46,493 bases of DNA from a virus (lineage: Duplodnaviria; Caudoviricetes): IMG/VR virus record IMGVR_UViG_3300046059_000016, positions 1 to 46,493 of that record; one strand, written 5' to 3'. The notes under the pieces are model-generated. The model ran no database searches and had not been told where the DNA came from. It saw only the letters and a list, made by a program, of their open reading frames with translations. A program made the position numbers and the translations under genes. How positions within the stretch are numbered: position 1 is the stretch's first letter; each line of letters opens with the position of its first letter. Of this stretch, positions 28,533 to 38,781 are shown piece after piece.

Positions 28533-28906
28533 TGCTGATCACTTTCGTCCGATTCTTCCTGTAGCCGCTGTTCGCCGGGTAGTTCGTAGTTATCAGCGAT
28601 CCTGGCGATGGCACGGATCAGCCCCTTGATGAATCCGATCCCCGTGATTCGAACCACCTGCACGAACGTGAATAGTGCGAACGTCGCCACGATGATCCCG
28701 GCCAGATAATCGATTACCCAGCCCAGGTTCGCCTGGAAGGTGAACGTGGCCTGTAGATCGATGATACCCAGCCAGATCGAGACAGCGAACCCCCCGATCA
28801 CCAGTGCCAGCAGCCCCACGAAATACGCATAGGCGAACGATACCTGCCAGGGCTTTCCCGGCTTCAGGGGCTGCAGGTTACTGCCGGGATCCTCGGATTC
28901 AGACAT
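28529..28906 (-). CDS. two-TM membrane protein (holin-like, speculative)
   Basis: Two long hydrophobic segments. Confidence 0.75.
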   Translation of the reverse strand: MSESEDPGSNLQPLKPGKPWQVSFAYAYFVGLLALVIGGFAVSIWLGIIDLQATFTFQANLGWVIDYLAGIIVATFALFTFVQVVRITGIGFIKGLIRAIARIADNYELPGEQRLQEESDESDQQ

Positions 28907-29363
28907 CCACGTTTACCCCCAGTTTCATCGCTGCTGAACGGATGCGGCTTTTGATGTTCCGCACCGCCTGATCATCCACGCCCGAACGTCCCGGATGGGA
29001 TTTCCCTTCATGGGCGTAGAAGATTTCCCTCGGTTCCAGTTCGCTGTGCTGCCACAGAATCCACACGATGGCTTCCTGGGCTGTAAGGCCCTTCCCCAGC
29101 AGATCGATGATGATCCCCGTATCGGTGAAGCCAGCGTCCCCCCGCTGCAGTTGGGTTAGGCAGTCGGACGTGCTGGGATCCTCGGGATCATCTATCCAGT
29201 CGGGCTGTTCCCGAATTATTTTCCTGGCTGCCCGATTCAGCACTTCCCGGCCACGCTTATCGAGGTACGGTTTCGTTCCAAACTTCTTCGCTGATCCAGG
29301 CGAAGAATCTGTTCCACCAGTTTCGGTTTCACCGTTCCGTTCCTGATCCATAGTGGACATCAT
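28899..29363 (-). CDS. putative HTH transcription regulator
   Basis: LTAQEAIVWIL...EPREI...QAVRNIKSRIRSAAMKL resembles a sigma-4/LuxR-like HTH; AT-rich upstream region. Confidence 0.6.
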   Translation of the reverse strand: MMSTMDQERNGETETGGTDSSPGSAKKFGTKPYLDKRGREVLNRAARKIIREQPDWIDDPEDPSTSDCLTQLQRGDAGFTDTGIIIDLLGKGLTAQEAIVWILWQHSELEPREIFYAHEGKSHPGRSGVDDQAVRNIKSRIRSAAMKLGVNVDV

Positions 29364-29469
29364 CGTATATGTCCGATTAAGCCACCATTAACCTTCGGGA
29401 AACCATAACGTATCCATTGCTTAACCATCACACATCCATTCCATAGGATTCTAATCGCATCTGGATACG

Positions 29470-30468
29470 TTACACACCAGCGCGTTCCAGGCGTTCGTTC
29501 AGCACCGTGGGATTGAATTCCTGATCTGCATCCAGCACCTTCGGCCTGAACCCGTTCGTTCCCCAGATGCGGTTCAGGTGATCTTCCCCGATTTCTTCCT
29601 CGGTGATCACGGATTCCCCGTCCGGCAGTTGTAGCAGTGGCCGAAGATCCGATCTGCACCACGGGTGATTCGGTGGCACCAGCCAGGGCTGTTCCACCAG
29701 ATCCACTGTTACTTCATTCAGCCGCCTGCATACGGTGCTGGTTTTCCGATCCACCACCGCATCGTAGGTGGCGTATCTGAACCCGTTATTCAGATACCTT
29801 CGGTGCGTGGCTGTAACGTATGCATCCTGCACCGAATCGTGGCTGATCAGTTCGGCCTTCGATTTCGCTGTTTGGCCACTGATCCCGTTCTGTTCCCTGG
29901 TATCTGCATCCGCATCCAGCAGCACCTGTTCCACCCGTGTGGACAGATCCATCTGATCATCCCGGTTCGAAACCACGGGTTCGTTCTTACTGAACCCGAT
30001 CTGGATCTGGCGGGTGGCCCGATCCCCGATTTCGCTGGCCAGGGAATCATCGTTTTCATACAGCAGTGCAGCATCGATGTTCCGAAGTTCGGCGTTCAAA
30101 GCCCGATCAGCGTGATCGAGGTTCGGGGATCCGATCAGATCCGATTCATCGAACTGGCCCGGAAGCGTTCGCTGCACCCTGCTGAAAGAAGCCCGTGCAG
30201 CCCGTGCCATCGTGGTTTTGTGGCGTTCTTCCAGCCAGTTCACCAGTTTCACCCGAAGTTCACGCGCTGCCAGGCGGGTGATCTGTTCGTTAATGCGCCT
30301 GGCCTTCGATCTGGGGCTGGCCGTGTTCCGCTGCAGGATCTGGATTCCCTCGCCCCGTAGGAAATCCTCGATCATTGACTGAAGATCACGAACCACCTGC
30401 CTGGAACGCTGCCTGGCACGCCGAAGATCCGTTCCGTTACTCGATGCTGGATCCCTGGCCGACATCAC
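29470..30468 (-). CDS. MuF / SPP1 gp7-like head morphogenesis protein
   Basis: AELISHD...YDAVVDRKTSTVCRRLN...PPNHPWCRS. Confidence 0.88.
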   Translation of the reverse strand: MMSARDPASSNGTDLRRARQRSRQVVRDLQSMIEDFLRGEGIQILQRNTASPRSKARRINEQITRLAARELRVKLVNWLEERHKTTMARAARASFSRVQRTLPGQFDESDLIGSPNLDHADRALNAELRNIDAALLYENDDSLASEIGDRATRQIQIGFSKNEPVVSNRDDQMDLSTRVEQVLLDADADTREQNGISGQTAKSKAELISHDSVQDAYVTATHRRYLNNGFRYATYDAVVDRKTSTVCRRLNEVTVDLVEQPWLVPPNHPWCRSDLRPLLQLPDGESVITEEEIGEDHLNRIWGTNGFRPKVLDADQEFNPTVLNERLERAGV

Positions 30469-30590
30469 TATTCACCAGCATCTTCCCCTTGTTCAGAACC
30501 GGCTTTTTTCCACAGTTCTCGCGTGGTTCTGGCGTTATCCTGTATGATCTGTTCAGCCTGTTCCGTGGGATCGAAATCTTCGCCGTTCAT
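30468..30590 (-). CDS. 40-aa acidic microprotein (not in ORF track)
   Basis: MNGEDFDPTEQAEQIIQDNARTTRELWKK...; coupled on both sides. Confidence 0.55.
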   Translation of the reverse strand: MNGEDFDPTEQAEQIIQDNARTTRELWKKAGSEQGEDAGE

Positions 30591-33500
30591 AGTTCTGGCC
30601 CGTCGTATTTCTGATAAACCTGTTCCACATCTTCGGGGATTTCATCACCCCGTAGTTTCATCGCCCCGATTTCAGCCACCGCTTCCAGCGGATTCGATGC
30701 TGCATACCTGCTTACCTGTTCTTCCATCAGTTCCTGTTCACCCCCGGTAAGTTCCGAAGCAGCCAGGCGTTCAGCCCGCCCAGTACCCGCCTGCCGGTAG
30801 TGTTCAGCATGAATTGTTTCGTGCCTGATCAGCGTGGCTAAATCGCCAGATACCCACTGGCCGCTGGATCGCATCGCCGTGGTATTTTCATCGGTATATC
30901 GCTGATCAAGCCACATCACGCCGGGACCGGGATCATATGTGGCAGCCGATGAATCGCCCGGATCCTGGCCAACACTGCCAGTGAACCTATCCACGTTTTC
31001 CAGCAGCCCCCGTTCTTCCAGTTCCTGAAAGGTAGACTGAATGGATTCAGACTGTGATTCATCGAACTGTTCCAGATCCATATCTGTGGATGGAGTGGTT
31101 CCCCCATCTTCATCCCCACCCGCCTCGGGTTTCTCGATGGCTTCCCTGGCCACTTCCATCAGATCATCTTCCATATCTATCTGAAGCCCCTGGGCTTTCT
31201 CGGTGAAATCAGGATCATCCTGGGCCACTTCACGAACTATATCTGCTGTATCCATCCCAGTAATTTCATCTGGAATTTCAAATGGCCGTTCCACGAATCT
31301 TCCATCAGGCCCCCGTGGATGGGCTGCTGGATTCCAGTCTGCCTGGATTTCCAGCAGGGTTTCGCTGCTGGATACGCCCCGGAACACAAGTTCACGCCAT
31401 AAGTTCTTCAGGCGTTCGTTAGGTGCCTCGGGGATGGTGGGGAGTTCTATCTGTTCGGCTGCACGAATGGGGTTAGATGCGGATCCCTTCCGCCAGCCTT
31501 CCCAGCCACCCAGCACCCGATCCTTCATGCTGGCACAGAATCGGTTCGCTGCCTGTTCGGACATACCCGAGGAAAGCATTTCACCCTTACAGCAGTCGCC
31601 CCCACAGTCGAACTGGCCGTTCATCCCCGCCCAGGCTTTCAGCAGGATCAGCCTGGCCGGTGTATCGCTTTCTTCCCAGGATTCAGGGTAACTGAATCGG
31701 CCATCACCACGGGCTGCCTCGATTAGTGCAGATGCGGCTTCATCGCCATCGCTGCCCAGTTCCCCTTCCGGGTTATCCACATCCGCATCGATCTGCCCCG
31801 ATCCCAGTTCATCTTCCCGATACACCCGAACGCCATCTTCCACGCCCACCACGTATGCTGGGTTATTGCTGGTGGCTTCCTCGGTGCCATCAGGCCCGTC
31901 GAATTCCTCGGTTCGAACTTCCACCACCACGCCCATCCCGCTGGGGGTGTCCACTTCCTGGCCTTCACTGAAGGAACCGGCAGCCTCGATGTCGGCCTGG
32001 CCGATGGGAACGTGGTTCGGTGAAAGACCGTGGTAGTCACAAGTGAATTCGTGGGGCGGGGTTTCGTTCACCAGTTCAGCACCTTCACCACACACCCAGC
32101 AGATCGGATCCCCATCCTGGCCTGCACGGATGGCACCCTGATCCGACAAATCAGCAGCGGCTTCCTCGATCCGCTGCCCATCAAGATCCACATCGCCATC
32201 CGAATCGAGGCTGGCCAGCACTTCCCGCCTGCTGATCCCGCTGGCTTCGGCTGAACCCTGGGGTTCATCCCCGCCATCACCCGCTTCAGGCCCCTGATCT
32301 GGCCGCATTTCCATCATATCCTGCATCGAGGCTTCCCGTTCCTCGGGATCCTCGGGGCCACCCTCGGGGGGCATGTTCTGGGTTTGATCCGTTTCCAGAT
32401 CCACCCCTTCCAGCACGTTCGCCAGTTCCCGGCTTTCGGCTTCGGACAGCCCCAGCAGCCCCGCAAAGTTCATTAGTTGGATGATTTCGGCTTCATCCTG
32501 GGCTTCGATGGCGGGCAGTTCGTGTTCCACTTCCCCGCTGATCCCGTGAATGTCGGCCTGGATAGCGCCGAACTGATCGAAGGTATCCGTTACCTGCCCC
32601 TGCCAGCCAGCCACCATATCCAGGAACATCTGCATCATGGTGTTCCTCGATAGTTCTGGGCCTTCTTTCAGTTCGATCAGATCCAGGGGCAGCAGCAGCC
32701 GCCTGCTGATCGCTTCATTATAGTCCCTGATCATCGAGGACATCGATTCATCCATTTCCGGCAGTTCGATGGTTTCCGTTTCCCAGTTCTCGGGGATGGA
32801 CATCACCGTAGCAGTCTGATAATCTTCCAGCGTTTCCAGGGCTGCATCGATCTGCTGGGCCATCACCAGTTCCAGCATCCGGCCAGAATCATCACCGAAA
32901 TCATCATCCTCGGATCGGACGTAATTCCCGTAATCTTCTTCATCCAGCCAGGCCGGGGGGTTCACTTTGATGATCACGCCACCGATACTGGCCAGTTCAG
33001 CCTTCCTGCCCTGTAGTCGCTTCAACTGCATCTTGTTCACGACATCATCAGCGACCGCCTGCAGCGGTGGGGTTCGATACAGCCGAACATCCACCACTTC
33101 CGTCCCGATTTCCAGGGCAGTGGAATCTTCCTTATGTTCCAGTTCCACCGAGGGTTCCCCGGTTTCTTCATCGATGTCGAAGGTGGTGTAGGATGTCGCA
33201 TCCTGGATGTAGATTTCATCACCCGTTTCGCCATCCTTCACGTAAGACAGATCAGCCACATCCAGGTGCTGCAGATCGGTGGATCGCCCCACGAACACCG
33301 CGTTCATCACGTTCTGTTCCAGGATCCGATCCATCACCTTCCCCGGATCCACATGCGTATCCAGATCAGCATCCCCGCCATACACCCGTTCCAGGTGATC
33401 GGCCAGTCGCTGATCCGCATCGGAATCTGGATCAGATGGCTTCACATCCAGCCCGTTCTGCCCCAGCATCAGCGATTTCAGCCGGATCAGGATCCCAGGG

Positions 33501-33901
33501 ATCAGATCATCGTTCGCCAGGATCCACTGGCCAGTTTGCTGGTTGTAATCCACCCGATTTTCCATCAGGTTCACTATCTGATCATCGAGGTAGGCTTTGT
33601 ATTCCCAGTTCGATAGATCGAAGGCAGAATCCGTGATGTGTATGTCGGTGCCACTGGCCACCGGGGTTACGGTGGTATCGCCACCGGCCTGGCCACGGAC
33701 ATCGATGCTGGATGCGTTTCCGTTCAGGGCTGCCTCGATCTGGGATGCATCCACATCCGTATCATCGGGCAGATCGATGGCGATCTGTTCCTGGCCTTCC
33801 ACCACTACCTGGCCACCATCCAGCCTGGTGGCTCGTTCCTCGGGATCAGTCGAACCGCTGCTGGAACCCAGCAGCGAACGGACAGACTCGGGGAGATCCA
33901 T
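30587..33901 (-). CDS. portal protein with multi-domain C-terminal extension ending in an HExxH peptidase-like domain
   Basis: N-terminal ~500 aa portal by synteny (between TerL and MuF); HETIH...VSRYA...EAVAE at C-terminus. Confidence 0.78.
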   Translation of the reverse strand: MDLPESVRSLLGSSSGSTDPEERATRLDGGQVVVEGQEQIAIDLPDDTDVDASQIEAALNGNASSIDVRGQAGGDTTVTPVASGTDIHITDSAFDLSNWEYKAYLDDQIVNLMENRVDYNQQTGQWILANDDLIPGILIRLKSLMLGQNGLDVKPSDPDSDADQRLADHLERVYGGDADLDTHVDPGKVMDRILEQNVMNAVFVGRSTDLQHLDVADLSYVKDGETGDEIYIQDATSYTTFDIDEETGEPSVELEHKEDSTALEIGTEVVDVRLYRTPPLQAVADDVVNKMQLKRLQGRKAELASIGGVIIKVNPPAWLDEEDYGNYVRSEDDDFGDDSGRMLELVMAQQIDAALETLEDYQTATVMSIPENWETETIELPEMDESMSSMIRDYNEAISRRLLLPLDLIELKEGPELSRNTMMQMFLDMVAGWQGQVTDTFDQFGAIQADIHGISGEVEHELPAIEAQDEAEIIQLMNFAGLLGLSEAESRELANVLEGVDLETDQTQNMPPEGGPEDPEEREASMQDMMEMRPDQGPEAGDGGDEPQGSAEASGISRREVLASLDSDGDVDLDGQRIEEAAADLSDQGAIRAGQDGDPICWVCGEGAELVNETPPHEFTCDYHGLSPNHVPIGQADIEAAGSFSEGQEVDTPSGMGVVVEVRTEEFDGPDGTEEATSNNPAYVVGVEDGVRVYREDELGSGQIDADVDNPEGELGSDGDEAASALIEAARGDGRFSYPESWEESDTPARLILLKAWAGMNGQFDCGGDCCKGEMLSSGMSEQAANRFCASMKDRVLGGWEGWRKGSASNPIRAAEQIELPTIPEAPNERLKNLWRELVFRGVSSSETLLEIQADWNPAAHPRGPDGRFVERPFEIPDEITGMDTADIVREVAQDDPDFTEKAQGLQIDMEDDLMEVAREAIEKPEAGGDEDGGTTPSTDMDLEQFDESQSESIQSTFQELEERGLLENVDRFTGSVGQDPGDSSAATYDPGPGVMWLDQRYTDENTTAMRSSGQWVSGDLATLIRHETIHAEHYRQAGTGRAERLAASELTGGEQELMEEQVSRYAASNPLEAVAEIGAMKLRGDEIPEDVEQVYQKYDGPEL

Positions 33902-33925
33902 ACCGCATACCTGCCTTCAAAACGG

Positions 33926-33946
33926 CTTAAACACGCATCCCGCTGG
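33926..33946 (-). promoter_or_regulatory. Late-type promoter
   Basis: CCAGCGGGATGC-GTG-TTTAAG, 24 nt from portal ATG. Confidence 0.78.
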
Positions 33947-33948
33947 AT

Positions 33949-34134
33949 TCAGTCGGGCTGATCCCCGGAACCCGCATCAGCATCACCATCGAACCCCGCC
34001 ACTTCCACCCAGTAGGTAGACCGAATCCAGCGGCCATCCGGCTGCTGTCCATCAAAAATGATGAACGTGAACCCATGCCAGTAGCCTTCATATCGGTCGT
34101 AATCCCTATCAGCCAGATCATCAGTATCGGCCAC
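33949..34134 (-). CDS. small acidic hypothetical protein
   Basis: 61 aa, halophile-like composition. Confidence 0.6.
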   Translation of the reverse strand: MADTDDLADRDYDRYEGYWHGFTFIIFDGQQPDGRWIRSTYWVEVAGFDGDADAGSGDQPD

Positions 34135-34224
34135 ATGTATCTAAAAGGGAACACATGGGAAGTACCATCCACCCGCTGGATCCCCCGGTGGCCAGCATCC
34201 AGATCAGCCTTTCCGTGTGGTAGA

Positions 34225-35562
34225 TTAGCGGTCCACGGCCATCCCGTAATCCAGCACGTTCAGGCTGATGTTATCCGTGTTCGAAGCCTGGGCGAACAGC
34301 ACCAGGTAATCCAGATCTGCTAACTGCACGTTCGCATCCAGCCCCGTGGCTTCACCAGCCGCGTTCACACCCGATCCACCCAGCAGGGAACGGCCAGCGA
34401 TCTTCCGACCCACCGGGTATCCCTCGGTTCCCACATGTGGATCATTATTCCCGGTCCCCGCTGCATCGAAGCGGGTTACGCTGCTGATGTTCTGCCAGGT
34501 GGTATCTTCGAAGAACGCTTCCCTGGTATCCAGGCCAGGCGGTGGCCCCATATCCACATCTGGCCCATTAACGAACGTCACATCCGATTTCCGCATCATG
34601 TAGGCTGTAACCTGAACATCATCGGCAGATGGCGTGGCCGTGATGCTTTCCAGCGTCATGGGAACATCCCGATCCGTGGTGCGAACAGCGATCAGGGGGT
34701 ACGGCTGGGCCTGGGTGATGTTCCCGCCACCGATGCTGCCGGTGCGTTCCACATCCTTATACCGGGGTTCGGAATCGTTTTGGCCCAGGATATTGTAATG
34801 AACGTTCCCGAAGCGAAGCGTGTTCGCACTGGCGTTCGGCCCGATGTTTTCCAGTTCGCACCGCATCCTGAAGTTCACGTTATTCGTGGCTGTCTCGGAA
34901 ACCGGCGAAAGACGGTTCAGCGATAGGGTTTCCTTCGAAACATCTGGATCAGGGTTCTGAGATAGATCGATGATGCTGTTCGCATCATCCAGCAGATCAG
35001 GCACCTGTATTTCCGGCTTCCATTCACCAAAATCGTACCAGCCCAGTTCGTTCCGAACGATGGCCCCCACCGTTTCATCCCAGCCGATGGATCGAGGATC
35101 CCCATTCCAGGAATCCCAGTGAACTTCTATGTTCTTCGATCCGCCTTTGATGATCTGAAGGTAGTGATCTGAATCGCCATCACCTGCCGTTCCCAGGATT
35201 TCCCACCGATACGAATCCTGCCAGGTGGGATCTGTAGTTACACCCATCCGAAGCCGCTGATCCTCGGATAGCAGATTATCGGCCAGAAACGCCCACCCGA
35301 ACAGGCAGGCCATCGAAGGGACGTACCCCGACCGATCCGCTGTGCGAAGCACGGCCAGATCCCCATCCGAGGCACCCACGGACAGTTCGTATAACCCGCC
35401 ATTCCCAGGATCCACGCTTCCCCCGCCGGATTCAGTCACATCCCAGTTCGTTTTATCGATGTTTCCCCAGCCCGTGCTGATCGAATACCAGGGATCAGCC
35501 TGCACTACTTCCTGCTGTCGGAACTGGGTGGTTCGAAAGCGTTTGTTCGATGATCGCGCCAT
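34225..35562 (-). CDS. putative virion protein (beta-rich)
   Basis: 445 aa, between TerL and portal, has own late promoter. Confidence 0.75.
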   Translation of the reverse strand: MARSSNKRFRTTQFRQQEVVQADPWYSISTGWGNIDKTNWDVTESGGGSVDPGNGGLYELSVGASDGDLAVLRTADRSGYVPSMACLFGWAFLADNLLSEDQRLRMGVTTDPTWQDSYRWEILGTAGDGDSDHYLQIIKGGSKNIEVHWDSWNGDPRSIGWDETVGAIVRNELGWYDFGEWKPEIQVPDLLDDANSIIDLSQNPDPDVSKETLSLNRLSPVSETATNNVNFRMRCELENIGPNASANTLRFGNVHYNILGQNDSEPRYKDVERTGSIGGGNITQAQPYPLIAVRTTDRDVPMTLESITATPSADDVQVTAYMMRKSDVTFVNGPDVDMGPPPGLDTREAFFEDTTWQNISSVTRFDAAGTGNNDPHVGTEGYPVGRKIAGRSLLGGSGVNAAGEATGLDANVQLADLDYLVLFAQASNTDNISLNVLDYGMAVDR

Positions 35563-35585
35563 ACCGCATTATCTGAATCAGGCCA

Positions 35586-35606
35586 GATAAGGAAGCATCC
35601 CGCTGG
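35586..35606 (-). promoter_or_regulatory. Late-type promoter
   Basis: CCAGCGGGATGC-TTC-CTTATC, 23 nt from ATG 35562. Confidence 0.75.
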
Positions 35607-35607
35607 T

Positions 35608-37473
35608 TCAGGCGGTGCCACCCCGGATGTTCATTGGCTCGTAGCCACCCCGCTTCCCACCGAGGCAGGCGGCAGTGTAGGCATACAGCAGCGCGTAGAA
35701 TCCATCATCTTTCTGGTTCGACTGGAACGTGGTGATTCGTTCCTTCCGGTTCCCTGATTTCAGTTCCTCGAATTTACGCTTAATCGAGGTTAGGTGATCG
35801 AACCAGTAGTTCATTGTATCCCGCGTTTCCACTTCATCCTGATACGGGATGCGAATCCGCTTATCTGGCGTTCTGGATAGATCGTAGCCCCCTTCCACGC
35901 TGTCCGGCGTTTCATCGTAGCCCTGCACCTCGGGGAACAGATCGAACACCCGGTTCGCCCACGGTGCCTGGGCAGCGTGAACCGTCTTTCCATCCCGCTT
36001 CAGGAACGGCCACTTCCCATCGGTATCGTTCGTGGCCGACAGATCGAACCGATGGCCGGAAACGTGGCTGCCCCAGCCGCGTTCCGGGATCGGGTTATCC
36101 CGCTTATCGCCGTTCTGTAATGCATCCACATGTGCAGTTCCATAGCCCAGATCTGCCATCCCCCGGCCATCCCGACCGATCTGGAAGCGATCCAGCACCT
36201 GGGCTGCCTTCCGTAGTTCCTCGGTTCGGTGTTCATACTCGATGCGTTCGACGTTCCTGATGGTGATCCCCTTCGGCCAGTGGTCCTTATTCCGTTCATC
36301 CACGGTGCAGATCACCACGATGGTATCAGCCGACTCGCCACCGCCCCAGTCGATCCCGGCGTAATATGGCCCGTAGCCTTCCACAGCCCGGGCCTGCAGT
36401 CCGATTTGATCATCACACACGCTGTAAATGGCTGCCTCGGGGATCGGCTTCGCCCCACCGCTGTAGAACTGGGCCAGTTTGAATCGGTAGAATTCCCCCT
36501 TCGACGTGCTGGCCAGTTCCCTGGATCGCATCACTTCATCCAGCGGGTGGCGGGGGCTGATCAACTGGTTCAGCGTATAGCCTCGATGCACACCCTCGGG
36601 GTTCGTCGCCCGCCAGAACCCATCCAGTCGGATCCGTTCCTGATCCAGTTCGGCCTGGCACTGTCGGCAGAACAGCCCCCACCGCTTCGGGTTCGTATCG
36701 ATCACCTGTACGGAATCCAGCGTGATGGTTTGATCCGTGCTACAGTCGGGGCAGGTGTGGTGCCACATGTGCTGGGTGGATTCCTGCCAGTGTTCGTGAT
36801 ACACCGTTCCTTCATAATCCGGGGTTCCGGTAAGCAGCACCCTGGCCAGCCCCGAATCGATGGCTTCCTTCAGGTTCGACAGGGCTGCAGTTGTCCAATT
36901 CTGGGCTTCATCTGCCGTTCCGAACTGGCCGTGGAATCCCTGAATCGAGCGGCCATCACCCCAGGCTGATCGGCCTTCCAGGAACGATCCCGTTCTGAAC
37001 TTGTTCCGCTTCACGGCCACCCGGTTATCTTCCAGCATCGCTTCCAGGATCGGGGGATCCCCTCGGGATGTCTCTATCATCCGGGCCATCGTTCGCTTCA
37101 TGTAGGAATTCAGTTGATCCGAACGTGGCACCGTGTGGATGATGTCGTGCATCTGCCGGGTGGTGGGGATATGCGCTTCCACGATGCTGCTTTGCACCGT
37201 TTTCCCCTGGCCACGCGCCATCTTCCAGATGTGGATGCGTTCCGTATCGGGATCCACGACAGCCCGAAGCGGTTCCTTCCAGTATCGGTAATCCCCCTGG
37301 TAATCCACCCGCGTTCCGTTAATCTTCACCAGCGATTCAGCCCACTGGATTATATCATCCCGTGCCTGTTCCAGTTCCTCGGTCGGGATCGCACCTTCAC
37401 TTTCACTTTCAGTCCGGGGGCTACCGGCTGAATCTTCCTCGATGAAACTGGTATCGATACCGCCCGACATCAT
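35608..37473 (-). CDS. terL: terminase large subunit (GpA-like, with Zn-finger insert)
   Basis: Walker A ARGQGKT, Walker B TADEA, LTGTP, CPDC/CRQC, nuclease AGIDWG and DDGFYA. Confidence 0.92.
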   Translation of the reverse strand: MMSGGIDTSFIEEDSAGSPRTESESEGAIPTEELEQARDDIIQWAESLVKINGTRVDYQGDYRYWKEPLRAVVDPDTERIHIWKMARGQGKTVQSSIVEAHIPTTRQMHDIIHTVPRSDQLNSYMKRTMARMIETSRGDPPILEAMLEDNRVAVKRNKFRTGSFLEGRSAWGDGRSIQGFHGQFGTADEAQNWTTAALSNLKEAIDSGLARVLLTGTPDYEGTVYHEHWQESTQHMWHHTCPDCSTDQTITLDSVQVIDTNPKRWGLFCRQCQAELDQERIRLDGFWRATNPEGVHRGYTLNQLISPRHPLDEVMRSRELASTSKGEFYRFKLAQFYSGGAKPIPEAAIYSVCDDQIGLQARAVEGYGPYYAGIDWGGGESADTIVVICTVDERNKDHWPKGITIRNVERIEYEHRTEELRKAAQVLDRFQIGRDGRGMADLGYGTAHVDALQNGDKRDNPIPERGWGSHVSGHRFDLSATNDTDGKWPFLKRDGKTVHAAQAPWANRVFDLFPEVQGYDETPDSVEGGYDLSRTPDKRIRIPYQDEVETRDTMNYWFDHLTSIKRKFEELKSGNRKERITTFQSNQKDDGFYALLYAYTAACLGGKRGGYEPMNIRGGTA

Positions 37474-37853
37474 GGCACCCCACGATGGTGTTCACACCCG
37501 CTGGTGTCGGTGCTACATCCAGCCAGATCACAGCCGTAGCACAGCCCCTGGCGGGTGGTGTTGCCGACATCCGACCCACAGCACCCACACGTCCCCGAAC
37601 CGAAATCCACGGCCTTCACTGGCCTGGAATCGGGTGCTGTAGATGGTTCGGGAAGGGTGGCAGCCTCGGGGTCGGGATCCGGTGCCTGCTGCAGCCGCTG
37701 ATCCTGATCATCCATGTCTGCTGTCTCGGAATCTGCATCCGCTTCGGCTTCCTCGATTACCTGGGGGCAGGTGGCTTCATGGCGATCCCGATCACCCCGC
37801 TGTAGGAACGGCTTCCCACAGCCACGGCAGGGCCAGGTGTTTCGATCACCCAT
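37470..37853 (-). CDS. Zn-finger protein (start MGDRNTW)
   Basis: CRGC...HEATC and C-terminal CGCC/CYGC. Confidence 0.7.
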   Translation of the reverse strand: MGDRNTWPCRGCGKPFLQRGDRDRHEATCPQVIEEAEADADSETADMDDQDQRLQQAPDPDPEAATLPEPSTAPDSRPVKAVDFGSGTCGCCGSDVGNTTRQGLCYGCDLAGCSTDTSGCEHHRGVP

Positions 37854-38532
37854 CCCCGCCATCCGGCTGCAGTGGTTCAGAAACGCCCATCCCTTCAGCG
37901 ACATCCCGAAGCCGGGTGCTGCCATCGATCAGCGAATCATGGGCCTGGTGCAGCCCAGCACTGTGCAGCAGCCCCTGCACCGCCCCCACAGCCGATTCCG
38001 GGATGATCATCGGTTCCTCGGATGCGGGCTGGCCTTCCTCGGGGTAGCCCGCATCCAGGCCGAATTCGATCAGGCGATAGCCACGGGGGGCTTCTTCCAG
38101 GATGTAGATCCGGCTGCTTTCTGAATCAGGATCGGCTGCCGTGATCGCTGCATCCAGATCCACATCATGGACATCTGCCGCTGCCTCGATCAGTTCCTGG
38201 GTGGTGTGTCCCTCGGGATCTGCATCAGCCTCGGGATCTGGCCCCACTTCATCCAGCCGCTGATCGGTGTCTTCCCAGGTGAACTGGGTTACATCGAAGT
38301 AATCCTGGCAGGATGCACAGAACGTTTTCCCATACTGATGTGGATTCCTGGCGAACGATTCAGCCAGATCAGCACCCATCGTGGTGGATTCACCGCACCC
38401 ATCCGTGTGGATATAGGTGGATCGCACCGGCTGCACGAATTCACCCTGATCCGTGGTAGGGTGTCGTTCGAGCTGGCCATCTTCACGCCGATCCCCGTAA
38501 TCGAAATCCTCGGGGGGCGGGCTGTCGGACAT
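37846..38532 (-). CDS. hypothetical Zn-binding protein (start MSDSPP)
   Basis: YIHTDGCG...TFCASC. Confidence 0.75.
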   Translation of the reverse strand: MSDSPPPEDFDYGDRREDGQLERHPTTDQGEFVQPVRSTYIHTDGCGESTTMGADLAESFARNPHQYGKTFCASCQDYFDVTQFTWEDTDQRLDEVGPDPEADADPEGHTTQELIEAAADVHDVDLDAAITAADPDSESSRIYILEEAPRGYRLIEFGLDAGYPEEGQPASEEPMIIPESAVGAVQGLLHSAGLHQAHDSLIDGSTRLRDVAEGMGVSEPLQPDGGDG

Positions 38533-38693
38533 CACGCACCCCCCAGTTCCTTCAGGCACAGCCCCGTGCTGGGATCGCATCCCTCGGTTTCACAGTCGCT
38601 GCACAGCCTCGATCCTTTCCGCTGCATCCGGTCGCCACAGCAGCGGCAGTCCGTTGCTTTCGCATCCACATCCGCTTCTACTGTTTTGTTCAT
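38532..38693 (-). CDS. 53-aa Cys-rich microprotein (not in ORF track)
   Basis: CRCC...CSDC...C...C; TGATG overlap. Confidence 0.7.
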   Translation of the reverse strand: MNKTVEADVDAKATDCRCCGDRMQRKGSRLCSDCETEGCDPSTGLCLKELGGA

Positions 38694-38781
38694 TTCTGTA
38701 GTGTATCGATTACCGTTCGTTCACCAGCGATCCGTTTTCTAACGATCCACGTTCCCGTTAGATTACCTTCCGTATTTCTGT

